From: Octopus sinensis
Taxonomy: Eukaryota
NCBI RefSeq assembly: GCF_006345805.1
Contig: NC_043020.1
Location: 11,966,001 to 12,030,000, forward strand
Length of the DNA: 64,000 bases
Reading direction: 5' to 3'
In this document: one piece after another, positions 11,300-24,761 of the stretch
How the letters are laid out: each line of letters begins with the position of its first letter
Numbering within the stretch: the stretch's first letter is position 1
Notes under the pieces: model-generated
Database searches by the model: none
Seen by the model: the letters and a program-made list of their open reading frames with translations, nothing else
Told to the model about the DNA's origin: nothing
Translations under genes and position numbers: made by a program

Positions 11300-11382
11300 A
11301 AGGAATACGCAAGTAAAAGAGACTTCGTTTCTTCGTGTCGATAGAATATAGTCAGCTGCTTCAATAATAGACTAAAGAAATA

Positions 11383-14300
11383 ATGTCTACAGGTCTGACA
11401 GAAGAAGACATAAGAGATTTCCTTCATGACAACCCAGAATTCGTTGATAAATGGCTTTCAGAACACGGCATGGAAGAAATAGCACCCGATTTTTCGAAAC
11501 ATAAGATTTTATCAAAAGCTGCCCTAAAATTTTGGGGTAAACTGTCTCCCAAACAAGATCCAACTGAATATCTTGAGAATTTGGTTGAGGAACCAGAGTT
11601 ACCTGTTAGTAAGATGAATTTGTTCAGAGATACACTCAAAGTGGTTCAGTCAGACATTAATTCAACGAGAGTTACTAAAAAAATTCTTCAAAACGCCTGC
11701 ATTTTGCTTCGTTGTCATGCAACGAGCCTTCTTTTGGTCCAAGGAGTTGGTAAAAATCGATTTCTTATTTCGGAAACCAACAATATTTCAACTAGATCTC
11801 AACCTGGCGAAATAGATAATACAGAAGAAGACACGGTTCATCTACCATTTGGCGAAGGAATTGTTGGTTTCGTAGCGGAAAACGAATGTTTAGTAAATAT
11901 TAAAGAAGCGTGGCGTGATTCACGCCTTACGGAAAATATGAGAGAGACTAACTGTCAAATTAGATCGATTCTTTCGCTACCAATTTTCGATAAAAACGAT
12001 CGTGTGATAGGAGTAGCTAAAGCATTGAATAAATTGGATGGAGATAATTTCGATTCTAGTGATGAAAACTTATTCGAATGTTTTTCGAAAATTTGTGCTC
12101 TGAATCTCAACAATGATCAGTTCTTTAAAGCTGCCCAAGGAGAAACAATACGGCATCAAATGTTATTGAAACTCGGTCGGTGTTTTTTGAAAACGGGGGA
12201 GGATTTCCAGAGACTTGTATCTGAAATTCTTCAATACGCCATCAAAATGCTGGACTGTGATAATATCAGCATCTATTTAAGTGATGATATAGACGATGCA
12301 CGTCAACTGACCGAGTCAGCGAACGTTTTACAACTTTTGAAGGGAGACACTAAAGTAAAAAATGCTCCTATAGACCCAATGTTCATATCATTTATTGAAC
12401 GAAATATGAATAGTGCTAGCATGGTGAATGTAGTTAGCGTGACTAATTTACATGATAGAACAAAATGGAAAACCAAAATCACATTGGATGGCGATATACT
12501 AAATTGGATAATTTGCGTGACAATACACGGTGATCGCGATAGTGTAATTGGTTATATGATGTTTCTCAGGAAGACGATTAATACCTTTAGTGAAAATGAC
12601 ATTAATATGTTGGAGACATTTGCCATTTTCTGCGGACTGGCGATTTATAACGACCATTTGTACAAAAGTTGCAATAAAATAACATCCAGCCAAGATTTCG
12701 CATACGAATTGCTTCAGTTTCACACGACTTGCGAAGAAGAAGAAGCTTATGACATGCAACATCAAGACATTCGCACAACAAGTCACTATAAACTTTACTC
12801 TTACAATTTTATTAGTTATTTATACTCAGAAGACGAACAGGTTATATTGACTGCTCTTATCTTTATAGAAATGAACGCTCTAAATTCATTGAAAATATCC
12901 AAGTTTACTTTGTATAGATGGATACTAACTGTGAAAAAAAACTATCGTCCTCTTACCTACCATAATTGGCAGCATGCTGTCAATGTTACTCAAGCAATGT
13001 TTTGTATGTTGACCACCGGTAGATTACAAGTATATTTCAAAGAATTTGAACTAATATGTCTGCTAATAGCTTGCTTGTTTCATGACATTGATCACAGAGG
13101 AACCAATAATGCATTCCAAGTGAATACAGCATCGCCTCTTGCTACTCTCTACAATACGTCTGTGTTGGAAAACCATCATATAAATCGAAGTATCATGATA
13201 TTGCAAAATGAAGATACAAATATTTTAAAAAACGTTTCAGCTGAAAAATATAAGAAGGCTCTCAAATTTATCGAGAAAGCAATCCTCGCTACAGACCTTG
13301 TAGATTATTTTTTGAAAAGAAACACTTTTAGAAAACACATCGAAGACGGTAACAAAACTTTTGAGTCTCGAGAAAGCGTTGAATTATTAACTAGTATGAT
13401 AATGACTGCAGCTGATCTTACAGCTATTACCAAGCCATGGGATTTTCAAAAATTCTCAGTCATGTTAATGGCTGAGGAATTCTTTACACAAGGAGACATG
13501 GAAAGAGCTTATGATATTCCTCTGTTGCCGTTAATGGATCGCAATTGTATACGCGAAATACCACAAATGCAAGTTGGTTTTATTGATTTTGTGAGTACAC
13601 TGCTTTATAAAACTTTGTCAGAACTGCATGAAGAATTGGAGCCTTTATATCATGGGATGCTCGACAACAGAGCTCACTGGGCTGGTATTGCAAATGGTGA
13701 TGAAATATTTGATATTAAGAAAGAGTATGAATTAGCTTTAAAGACGTTTTACTCAGGAGTACCGATATCGAGTACGACTACTCCGATGTTACAAGTAAAT
13801 GTAGCCACACAGACAGTTCTGACATATTTAAATGTGGTGCTAGAGCAACAAACCATCCAAACCATACTTTCTTATCCTATTGAAGAATTAGTCACTGTGG
13901 ATGATCTAACAATACCTGTTTCACCGGAAACTGAGATGATTACTAGAGTAACAAAGAATTGTCAAACCGATGAACGATCCCCAACTGTAAGCGAAGTATC
14001 TGTTCAGACTTATGTACCTGCTACACGTACTGGTGAAGCCTCACCCGATGAACCACAACCACACGTGTTCAGACGACAACCGTCCACTTTAACAAAATCT
14101 GGGAACTACTCGGGATCAGAAACTATAGTTTCATCACGTTCCAAGTCGTCATTATACAGGTCGCCTTATACAGCTAGACGATCAAGTTGTTTCGATGAGC
14201 TTCTTTACGAAAGACGCCGGGAATTAGAGCAGGAAAAAGGAAAATCATTTAGAAATGCACTCTGTTTAGAAAAACCTTTGTCTATAAAAAGATCATCGCG

Positions 14301-14811
14301 TGTTATTTTACCACCGAACCCAGTACGACGGGAAAGCACACAAACACGTTCCAGTGATTATATATTCAACAGAAGTTCGTCTACCATACGGTTTTCGATT
14401 GGGGAAATTTCTCAAAGAGATGAAGTTTTGTTTGAAAACATTCCGAAGAAGTCTTCTTTGAAATCTGAAATATCGGTGAAATCTCCCATTAAGGAGAACG
14501 TTCTTGAGCCAGTCAAAAACGATAATGTTCGTAAGAAGAGTAAAGAGGTACAGATAACTACGCCAAAAAAGAACAGACTGTCTTGGACGGATGCATACGA
14601 GGGTAGTGATAGTACAAAAAGTAGAATACCTGTGGCTCGAAAGTCACTTTCTATACCGAGAGATCGAAAGGACAGTGTGTTTAAAAGATCGAGTTCAATA
14701 ATGAAAAAAGATACGACACAGAATATGGAGTTTCGAAAACGAAAATGTGTGAAAGCTGTTCCAAAGAATTCTCAAAGGCGTAAAAGATTGGTTATTTGTG
14801 TGGTTTGTTAG
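11383..14811 (+). CDS. Intronless PDE5/6/11-family phosphodiesterase, type A copy 2 (1142 aa, ends CVVC*)
   Basis: Uninterrupted ORF with the same GAF and catalytic motifs as A1. About a dozen amino-acid differences from A1/A3, mostly in the first 370 aa. Confidence 0.96.
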   Translation: MSTGLTEEDIRDFLHDNPEFVDKWLSEHGMEEIAPDFSKHKILSKAALKFWGKLSPKQDPTEYLENLVEEPELPVSKMNLFRDTLKVVQSDINSTRVTKKILQNACILLRCHATSLLLVQGVGKNRFLISETNNISTRSQPGEIDNTEEDTVHLPFGEGIVGFVAENECLVNIKEAWRDSRLTENMRETNCQIRSILSLPIFDKNDRVIGVAKALNKLDGDNFDSSDENLFECFSKICALNLNNDQFFKAAQGETIRHQMLLKLGRCFLKTGEDFQRLVSEILQYAIKMLDCDNISIYLSDDIDDARQLTESANVLQLLKGDTKVKNAPIDPMFISFIERNMNSASMVNVVSVTNLHDRTKWKTKITLDGDILNWIICVTIHGDRDSVIGYMMFLRKTINTFSENDINMLETFAIFCGLAIYNDHLYKSCNKITSSQDFAYELLQFHTTCEEEEAYDMQHQDIRTTSHYKLYSYNFISYLYSEDEQVILTALIFIEMNALNSLKISKFTLYRWILTVKKNYRPLTYHNWQHAVNVTQAMFCMLTTGRLQVYFKEFELICLLIACLFHDIDHRGTNNAFQVNTASPLATLYNTSVLENHHINRSIMILQNEDTNILKNVSAEKYKKALKFIEKAILATDLVDYFLKRNTFRKHIEDGNKTFESRESVELLTSMIMTAADLTAITKPWDFQKFSVMLMAEEFFTQGDMERAYDIPLLPLMDRNCIREIPQMQVGFIDFVSTLLYKTLSELHEELEPLYHGMLDNRAHWAGIANGDEIFDIKKEYELALKTFYSGVPISSTTTPMLQVNVATQTVLTYLNVVLEQQTIQTILSYPIEELVTVDDLTIPVSPETEMITRVTKNCQTDERSPTVSEVSVQTYVPATRTGEASPDEPQPHVFRRQPSTLTKSGNYSGSETIVSSRSKSSLYRSPYTARRSSCFDELLYERRRELEQEKGKSFRNALCLEKPLSIKRSSRVILPPNPVRRESTQTRSSDYIFNRSSSTIRFSIGEISQRDEVLFENIPKKSSLKSEISVKSPIKENVLEPVKNDNVRKKSKEVQITTPKKNRLSWTDAYEGSDSTKSRIPVARKSLSIPRDRKDSVFKRSSSIMKKDTTQNMEFRKRKCVKAVPKNSQRRKRLVICVVC

Positions 14812-15483
14812 ACTACCATTATATGGGCCGGAGGAACAACTGGTGTTCTAGTAACGAAAATAAAAATGAAATAACAAAGGCATTAAAATGTTTTCTTCTT
14901 TATGCACAAAGCCGACATTTTTGAGGAGAGGATGCGGGATTAGTCGAAATCATTGAATCCATTCCTTGACTCGTACTCCGAAGAAATGTAACGTAAAGTT
15001 AACCTCGGCGGGATTTGACTTCAGAAGGTATAGACGAGGGACAAATATGGTGAGGCATATATTCCGATACTAACGATTGTGCCACCTCATCGCCCTCACA
15101 AAAGATATTAAAATATGCCGTTGAGAGAGTAATTAAATTAAATAAATTGATTAGCAAATATTTAAGTTTCTGGTTTCAAACTTTGGCATTTAAACCAGCA
15201 AATCAAACTCAAATATTCTGCTGTGTTTCATGTTTAAATCTAAACCGACCATATCTGGCCTCTCACACCTACCCGACAATGTCATTCAAAAAACATAATC
15301 ACACTCTCGAAATCTCGAAGCTACGAGCTGGTAACAATGTATTTTACTGCCGACAGACAGAAACACAGACCACACACACAACCTAACATTCACTCTCACC
15401 CTGTATACATACATACATACATACATACATACATAAAAATATACATACATACATACATACATACATACATACATACATAATAC

Positions 15484-15579
<96 letters not shown>

Positions 15580-15680
15580 TCGGCTATATAATTGATAATT
15601 ATTCCAAATTAATTAATTTCACCCTTGGTGTAATTGATAATTATTCCAAATTAATTAATTTCACCCTTCATTGTTACTGA

Positions 15681-15720
<40 letters not shown>

Positions 15721-16328
15721 ATTAAACTTACTTGGAAATGGATGCGTGGCGTTCAATCATATAACAATATAAATAAAATATATACGTGTATATATACATA
15801 CATATATGTACATACATACATACATACATATATATATATATATTTAATCGATGGTTGGCATGTGCCAACATGCGATTGGACGGCACGAACTGTAGAGCCC
15901 AAATCTTCACCCAGTGGTGGGGTTCCAATGTCAGGTTAAGCGAGACGCTGTTTGGAGGTGGTAACGATGTATTTTATGTTAACAGACAGAAACACACCAC
16001 ACACACACATACACACACATATACACACAACGTAAGATTCACTCACATACGAAGACTCTCTCCCTATATACCGTTAGTTAAAAGGACCAATGAAACAAAA
16101 CCATTTGCAAATGTGTATGTATTAAACTAATTGTATATGTTTGCTTATAACCTTATTTTCGTTCCATTCTAAACAAAACTGTCCGACGAACGAGAAGGCG
16201 AAACTCTGAGTAACAGTTTTTTGTGATATTTTTGCTGCTTTTTGATAAAGCATATTACTCTACTTCTGGTATTTGAGTACTATTTCTCCACCTTGTTTTG
16301 CAATTATGTGGTTACTCTGGTATATATA

Positions 16329-16377
<49 letters not shown>

Positions 16378-17657
16378 TTTTTGCGTAATGAGATAAAAAA
16401 AAACCCCAAGGCTGTATCGATATTAGAGCATTTATAGATAGAAGGTCTTACAGCTGTTTCTAGGATATTTATTAATAATAATATCCCTTCATCGGAGACA
16501 GTGTGAGAGGAAAAGTTAAGTCATAGTTAGTTTCGATGTGATATAAATAGAGAGTGAGGTGGAGGAAAGAAAATAGATGTAAGATATGTATGGTTATTGA
16601 GTTCAAAAATCCGTTTTATAGGCATAATGGTATATATGTGTATTATTTCAATATCCTTTGAGTAAAATCCAAAAGTCCAACAGAGTTTAATATGAGTCCA
16701 ACATATATTTATATAACAAATGATGGATAGGTGTCAATTTATTACAGCTGTTTCTAACGAATTTTTTTTGAATTTGTTTAATGTGTACATTATATCATTA
16801 TAAAAAAACGCTTTCTTCACATGAATATACAAATTTTGCAATTAAGAACACTTGGAAGAAATTTAAATCCACGGCATGTGTATATTTTGTGACTCCACGA
16901 TCAATACCCTTCACAGAATTAGTTTGCCAAATGAAAATAGAACGAATTCAAGTGGTTTTGTACGACATATGTGGGAAGAGTGTATTTAACTCGTCTATAT
17001 TGTCTATATAGTGGAGGTGCAATGGCCCAGTGGCTAGGGCAGCGGACTCGCAGTCGTCGGATCGCGGTTTCGATTCCAAGACCGGGCGTTGTGAGTGTTT
17101 ATTGAGCGAAAACACCTAAAAGCTCCACGAGGCTCCGGCAGGGGGTGGTGATCCCTGCTGTACTCTTTCACCACACTTTCTCCCACTCTTTCTTCTGTTG
17201 GCCTGCTTGCTTAGCCAGCGAGGTGGCGTCATTCGAAGGCTAAAAACAATGCGAATGCATTGTGACCAGCGATGTGTAACAGCATCTGTTGGTCTGGTCG
17301 GTCACGTGATCACGTGATATTGTCTATATGTGGGAGGAGTGTATTTAAGATTTATGGTCTTGAAGAAGGTTAGTCGGCTTTGTAGCTAGGTGAAGCGGAT
17401 GAAAAATGAACAGCCGAAGTCTCCTTTCCACAATTAAGAAAGAGGTTGTGCCATCAAGGCGGTGTCTCAGCATAGCATGACCACAGTCTAATGACTGAGG
17501 TGGTCATATTTAACGCTCGAGAAGATTGGTAATGTCTTTGACGTTTCGAGCCTACGTTCTTCTACAGAAAGGGACTCAGAAAAAAGAAGGAGAGAAACAA
17601 GGAGAGAAAAAAAAGAGAGAAAAAAATGTGTGTAGTGGCTAACGATCTGTCATGGCG

Positions 17658-17691
<34 letters not shown>

Positions 17692-18265
17692 TATATATAC
17701 TAGCAGTATCGCCCGGCGTTGCTCGGTTTGTAAGGGAAATAACTATATAAGCATTTTTAGAGAGTTACTTCCCTTATATAATAGCAAAAAAATGCATTAA
17801 AAATGGGAAAAACAAAAACAAAAAATACAAAATACAAATTACATGAACATATAAAATTACAAATTACATGAACATATATAAACAGAAGATACAAATATTA
17901 CAGGCATCCCCCACATACACACACTAAATAAACATTAACGCACATAGATATATAAGCATGCGCAAATCAAGACATACAATAGAAATACAAAATGGCTGAC
18001 GGTTAGTAAGGGGAGACACAAATAAGTGAGAAGAAAACAAAGGACCACTGATGCGGTCACAGGAGTGTGACGAAAGAATTCTGGCCGAAATAAGATTAAG
18101 ATTAATGTAAAAAATAAATAACACTGAAGCAAAGTAACACCAAATATATAGTGCGTGTGTTTTTATTGGCTAAACTGGCAAAATGACCATTCCGAAATAT
18201 AACAATATCTGTTTCAACACTCGACTTCACATAAAAAATCTTGCACAACAAATATTTAAACGTAT

Positions 18266-18310
<45 letters not shown>

Positions 18311-18980
18311 CGAACGTCACAGAGTAGGAGTAGGACGAAGTAGGAGAAAGTGGTGGGGGCAGAGAAAATAGTAATTCAGTGAAGGAGAAGTAGCGAGGGA
18401 AAGTAATAGCAATGGAGAAAGGAAAGGGTGAATGATGAATATCGAGAGAAGGGGTGAAAAAAATCAACTCTGAGTATATGTGTGTATGTGTGTGCATGTA
18501 TAAAGGAAGTATGTGAGTGTTTGTTTCTGTGACTATTAGGTACCCTATTTTCTACCTTATTTATATATAAAATGCTACAATTAGCCGTCATTTTTGACGG
18601 CTCAGGGTCAGCTAGTGTTAATATATCGAAAGAACAGCTTAGTAACACGGCTAGTCCGAGGTAATGCTGAACTAACAGCCGTATTTGCCGGCGTATAAAA
18701 CGAATTTATTTTATTCTAAAATGCATCACAATTATTCTAAATTTCATTCTAAAATGTATCTAATTCGATATTGTATTTATATGATTTATATGTACAGAAT
18801 CATATATTTTCCTTCCAAAACTACTTTAAAATAACTTTATGTATGTATACGATGAAAGGTACTACATTTGTTTTTGCTATAAACTATGCTTGTAAAATAG
18901 GGGTATGCCTAATGCAAAAGTGTGCCTTATACGTTGGAAAATACAGTGCTCCTTTAATAGTTTTAATATATATTAATAGT

Positions 18981-19430
18981 AGGCGTAAATGTAGGAGTGG
19001 CTGTGTGGTAAGTAGCTTGCTTACGAACTACATGGTTCCGGGTTCAGTCCCACTGCGTGGCACCTTGGGCAAGTGTCTTCTACTATAGCCTCGGGCCGAC
19101 CAAAGACTTGGGAGTAGATTTGGTAGATGGAAACTGAAAGAAGCCCGTCATATGTATGTATATGTGTGTGTGTATGTGTGTGTGTGTATGTGTGTGTATG
19201 TATGAGTATGTATATGTTTGTGTGTCTGTGTTTGTTCCCCCAACATCGCTTGACAAACGATGCTGGTGTGTTTACGTCCCCGTAGTCCCCGTAACTTAGC
19301 GGTTCGGCAAAAGAGACCGATAGAATAAGTACTAGGCTTCCAAAGAATAAGTCCTGGGGTCGATTTGTTCGACAAAGAGGCGGTGCTCCAGCATGGCCGA
19401 AGTCAAATGACTGAAACAAGTAAAAGAGTA
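18981..19430 (+). mobile_element. tRNA-derived SINE, family 2, with internal (TG)n; copies at 54884-55325 (+), 37195-37570 (-) and 60962-61413 (-)
   Basis: Head GGAGTGGCTGTGTGGTAAG...GGTTCAGTCCCACTGCGTGGCACCTTGGGCAAGTGTC and a common 3' part ending GACTGAAACAAGTAAAAGAG. Confidence 0.85.
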
Positions 19431-19484
19431 TTTTCTGTTTGTATCTTCATGCCAATGGAATGGAGAAGCTTTGACAATATTTGG

Positions 19485-19980
19485 TGGAATTCTGACTTAA
19501 ACACGTCATATAACCCTTCATAACTTTTTTATTTTTTGGAATGTTCAGAATATTTGTTGCATATTTGTGTTCTACACACGGGAATTCATACATACATTTT
19601 TAAAATTAATTTTTCGATTTTTTTTTTTATTATAATTTCGAAATATTTCGTTTTACATCACAGTTTAAAATATGGACAGTCCGAATTTTGGGGTTAAATT
19701 CCATCAATAGACCCTTATGTTTATGGGAAGGAAGATTTTGAAAAACATCAATACGTCAGAGTGGTGAACGAACGAGGATGATAAGAAGTGGTTGTGAGAT
19801 GTACTAAAAATAACAGCAAAATATCCCTTAAGTCACACACACACACACACAAAATTTTGTTAGGAGATCATAACCGTATGAATTCCCGTGCGTAGAACAC
19901 AAATTCAGAAAAATTTTCTGAAGATTCCAAAAAGTAAAAAAAGTTATGAGGAGTTATATAGCTTGCTTGAAGAAGAATTC
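19485..19980. mobile_element. MITE-like element with ~110-bp imperfect terminal inverted repeats; copy at ~55378-55875
   Basis: The left arm ...TGTGTTCTACACACGGGAATTCATAC is the reverse complement of the right arm GTATGAATTCCCGTGCGTAGAACACA... Confidence 0.7.
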
Positions 19981-20949
19981 CGCCCAATCTTAAAATAATT
20001 CTGCTTGTCGCTCCGTTAATTAGCCCACCCGTAACACTTCCACGTGGTTAGTTGAAGGGGGAGGAGAAGAAAGGGAAAAAGAGAGATGGGGAAGGCACAT
20101 AACCTTTGTACTCAGGGGACACAACAAGGACAGACGAAACAAGACATTGGGGTACATATAAAACACATATCGAATGGACTATGACTATGATAAAAAAAAC
20201 TGAGGATGAAATGGCTTATTCGCCCCCCAAAACAAGCAGTTTCATTTTATTGTTCTTTTTAATTACAGTTCACTTTACAGTCATGTATCTTTTTGTTTCT
20301 TAAACATACAATTACAACAAATATTGCATAAGATCGTCGAAAATTACAACAGGCGGCAACTCGTCGTATCTAAACTGAAGTGGTGATATTACAACTCTTT
20401 TTTTTTCCCCTAACAGTTCTACTAATCTCTCCCCTCTTTCTCTCTCCAGTAGCACGCCCTTCTTACCTTCTCAGTTTACCAATTTCACTCTGATAACATT
20501 TTTCATCTTTGTTACTCTCTTTTCGATTTCAACACTTTTTTCGTATTCTACGAAGTTTCGTAAATTTCTCTTTCTAGGTACCTTTCTCTGATATCTTTCA
20601 CCATTCTCTTCGTCCAACACAATTTTCTCTGTCTCAAATTCGCTGCTTCTTTCGTTTTCATTCTTCTGTCATGCTCCTTCTTCCTTACTGGTTGAAGGCA
20701 ACGGTTCCTGAGTTCGCTTTTCACTTGATTTGCCACCTTCCTTCAGTACAATGTCACTGCAAGAAGTGGACCAAAACCATTTCTAAAGAGAGATTTAGAG
20801 ATTTCTTTTTTCACGGCTTAAGTACTTCTAATTAGGTATTTAATGCCACTACAATTTAATACTTAATGATTATTTTTCATGTAGATGCAGTTTCCTTTTA
20901 ATTAACCTAAATGATTTAAACTAATAGTGTGATGTCATACATTAGAGAT

Positions 20950-20957
20950 TGACGTCA
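20950..20957. promoter_or_regulatory. Perfect palindromic CRE TGACGTCA upstream of PDE B1 (also 56843-56850 upstream of B2)
   Basis: Exact consensus 219 nt before the ATG, with TGATGTCA about 20 nt further upstream. Confidence 0.5.
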
Positions 20958-21168
20958 TGTTTAGAAAAATTGCCGTTCTTTTGATGGAAAAGCATTTGGT
21001 AGAGCATTGTAAAGAATGCAGTTTTATGTAGATTAAACGGCTAGATACAAAGATATGAACATCATTGCCATACAAATGATTCTGGTAAGAAAAATATGGT
21101 CAATATCCTCATCATTATCAGCATCAACAAAACTATAATTGGTTTCGATTTTGATACTACACCAGTAA

Positions 21169-24100
21169 ATGATGGATGATTTACAGCAAGATGAGGTTGA
21201 AAATTTCTTACAGAATAATCCAGATTTCGTTCGCAAATGGCAATCTCGGCATTTTACAGTGGACGTCAAAAGGCAAAGCCTTAAATGCACGTTGAAAGTA
21301 CCGGGAGAGACCGGTTATAGTGCAACTACAAGTGATACAGTATTACAGGAGGTGAAATCAAAATCAAGAGGGTATAGTTCAGTAGTGACAGAGAATGAAA
21401 TATACAGAGAGTTTGTAAAAGACACTGTTTTCGAAGTCAATGTCGACAAACAGTGTCATAAAATTCTTCAAAATGCTTGTATCATCCTCGATTGTGAGAG
21501 AGCGAGCCTATTTCTGTTACATGGAACTGCTAAAAAGCTACACTTAGTTTCCAAGCTCTTTGACGTTACAGCCACCTCGGTTATGGAGGATACAATTCAC
21601 AACGAAGAAAATGCCATTCGCATTCCTTTCGGAAAGGAATTGTCGGATATGTAGCTGAATACAGTTGTCTATTGAACATTAAAGATGCCTACGAAGACGA
21701 ACGTTTTTTACATGAGATTGATAAATCAACGGGGTTCTGTACGAAAAGTATTCTATCTGTACCAATTAAGGATAGAGATGACGTCGTAATAGGTGTAGCT
21801 CAAGCATTGAATAAGAAACATGATCGTTATTTCGATTCGAATGATGAAATTATATTTCAGAACTTTTTGTCGTTTTGCGGAATCAGTATAATCAACGAAC
21901 GGTTGTTAGAAATATCACAAGTGGAATTTAAACGCCACAAGTTATTGCTAAAACTTGTCAAATTTGTTCTGAAAGAGCAAATCAATTTTCGAAAGCTTAT
22001 ATCAGAAATTCTTCGACATGCCATGGATATGTTAGACTGTAGCAAGATTTCTGTTTGTTTGACAGAAAACAGAATGGATGCGGCCTCTCCGACGATATCG
22101 TCTAACGTTTTCCAGTTATTAAAAGATGAAGAAGAAGTGGAGGAAGTTCCGTTAGATCCGAAATATATAATACCAATTGGCCGAAATTTAAAAAGTATCA
22201 ATATAATCGATATAATTCGATTACAAGGTGAATCAAAAGAGAGGTTAATCACTGTTGAAGGTGATGTCGGCCGTTGGCTACTGTGTATGACAATAACAAA
22301 TGCTACAAGTGAGGTCGTCGGTTGCATAATATTTGAAAGACATTCCAAAGATGTTTTCGACCAAAGTGACATCAACCTAATGGAGACGTTTGCATTGATT
22401 TGTGGAATCAGTATTCATAATTGTCGCATATATGAACGTTCTGTTAGGATGTTGGCACAGGGAGAAGTAATGAACGATGTGCTGGCATTTCATACCACAT
22501 GCGACCGGAAACTTATCGAACCTTTCTTAAAAGTCGAGCCACGATCCGCTGAAGAGTATCAATTATATTCCTATGCCTTTATTGAATCTGTATTTACAGA
22601 TGATGAAATTGTTTCGTTGTGTGCTCGTGTGTTTCTTGATAAAAATGCTTTGACCATATTAAATTTACCGATTGATATTTTATACAGGTTTATTTTAACA
22701 GCAAAGAAGAATTATCGCCCAAATATTTTCCATAACTGGCGCCACGGTGTACTGGTATTTCAAATGATGTTTTATTTTTTGACCTGTTCACGAATACAAT
22801 ATTATTTCACAGAATTTGAACAGATTTGTTCCCTTATTGCTTCTTTATTGCATGATCTTGACCACAGAGGGACAAATAATAAATTTCAAGTGAAGATATC
22901 ATCTCCGCTCACTACATTATACGATACGTCCGTCTTGGAACACCATCATATAGATAGAGCTATCAGGATGTTAAACACCGCCGAAACCAATATATTCCAG
23001 AATCTCTCGGCTGAAAATTATCAGCACGGTCTTAAATTTATCGAGAAAGCGATTCTTGCCACAGATGTAAAAGATCTTAATGAAGTAATTAAAAGTTTTA
23101 GAGAGGAAATCAAAAAGGGCGACAAAGGTTTTCAGTGTCAAAAAAGCATTGATTTATTAATAACCGTTATAATGGCAGCCTGTGATCTTTCAGCTACTAC
23201 AAAGCCATGGTCGTTTGAAAGAAATGCTGCAGTTAAGATTGCAGCTGAATTTTTCGAGCAGGGGGATCAAGAAAAAACTTTACAGAAAGATGTCGAAGAT
23301 CTCATGGATCGTGAAAATAGATACAAATTTCCTGAAATGGAAGTGAAGTATTTTGATACTCAATGTGTTCCGATTTTTCAAGTTTTATCTGAAATGGATG
23401 CTAATCTGACTCATCTGTATGAAGGGGCATTGGAGAATCGAAATCACTGGGCCCATATAGCTGAAGGCATCGAGTTTTTTGACATTGATTCCGAAATTGA
23501 GACTCTTTATAATGAAGAAATGAGTTTGAAAGGAGCAAAATATCACAAAATTGTAACACCTAAAATATCACGGATTCACTCTGAAAATGTTGCGTTAGGA
23601 ATGGCAACATCGTCTACTCAGACTACTTTTGTTCTCGCTGAAGAAAGTCAACGACTACGTCAAAAGACATCTCAAACGGATGATGATTTGTCTACAATGT
23701 CTTACTCCGAATCTCGTGCTTTAACGAACGCCATAAAAAGTTTTTATGCGGAAAAACTTCTCGCAGTAACGGTAAGGCCAATCGGTAAAAGAATCCGAAA
23801 AATTAATATAGGGACGCAAGTGAAATTTTCAAATGGTGATAGTGAGTTCTGTAGCCAACCTGGATTTCTTAGTAGAGCCATGTCCCTTGAACCACCCAAA
23901 ACATTTTCAGACTCATGGTTAAAAACAAATAAATTCCCTACAAGTATGAATCTCGATGGAGCAGAACAAGAAGCGATGGGTTGTTCGTCAGACATAGGTA
24001 GCTGGACAGCTGCTTGTGTAACATTTGAAACGCCTGAACAAAAGATGAGAGCTTTGAGACCTGTGATCTCTAAACAGACGCTAGACATGGAAAGATTTAC

Positions 24101-24272
24101 AATGAGTGCAGAAGAAAGAGAAAAAATTTCTAATGTTGCAGTGAAAGACCTCAATCAAGGTCGAAGAAGAAAATGTTTAAAGAAAATTCCACGGAGTAAA
24201 CCAGTTCTTACAAGCAAGAGAACCAAAAGGCAGGACGATTTTATGGAAAAGTATGTGTGTAAGATTTCATAA
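21169..24272 (+). CDS. Intronless PDE5/6/11-family phosphodiesterase, type B1 (1034 aa after repairing a 1-nt deletion at 21631-21632; ends CKIS*)
   Basis: ORFs 21169-21654 and 21672-24272 join if GG is read as GGG, as in B2 (TTCGGGAAAGGA). Motifs LNKKHDRYFDSNDE, FHNWRH, HDLDHRG and CDLSATTKPW are present; the Gln-switch position is Glu. It could be a real pseudogene rather than a sequencing error. Confidence 0.85.
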
Positions 24273-24537
24273 GTAATTATTGAGCAACAAACATTTTGTA
24301 TTAGCTGAAACAGCTGCAAACGAAAAAGCAAACGTAAATAAATAATATGTACGTGAATATATGTATACTTCTTTGTGATTATATGTATATATGTATGTAT
24401 ATATGTATGTATATAATCAGTTAGTTGTCCATAAGTCACACTCAATATTACCAAGTGCAATAGCCAGCGCGAAACCAACGGTGACATTCTGACCTGTTAT
24501 ATACCATAAAAAGTAATATAGTATTCGACTACATATG

Positions 24538-24655
<118 letters not shown>

Positions 24656-24681
24656 CCTGCCTGTCTGTCTATCTGTATATG

Positions 24682-24741
<60 letters not shown>

Positions 24742-24761
24742 TGCGCGCGTGTGTGTGTGTG

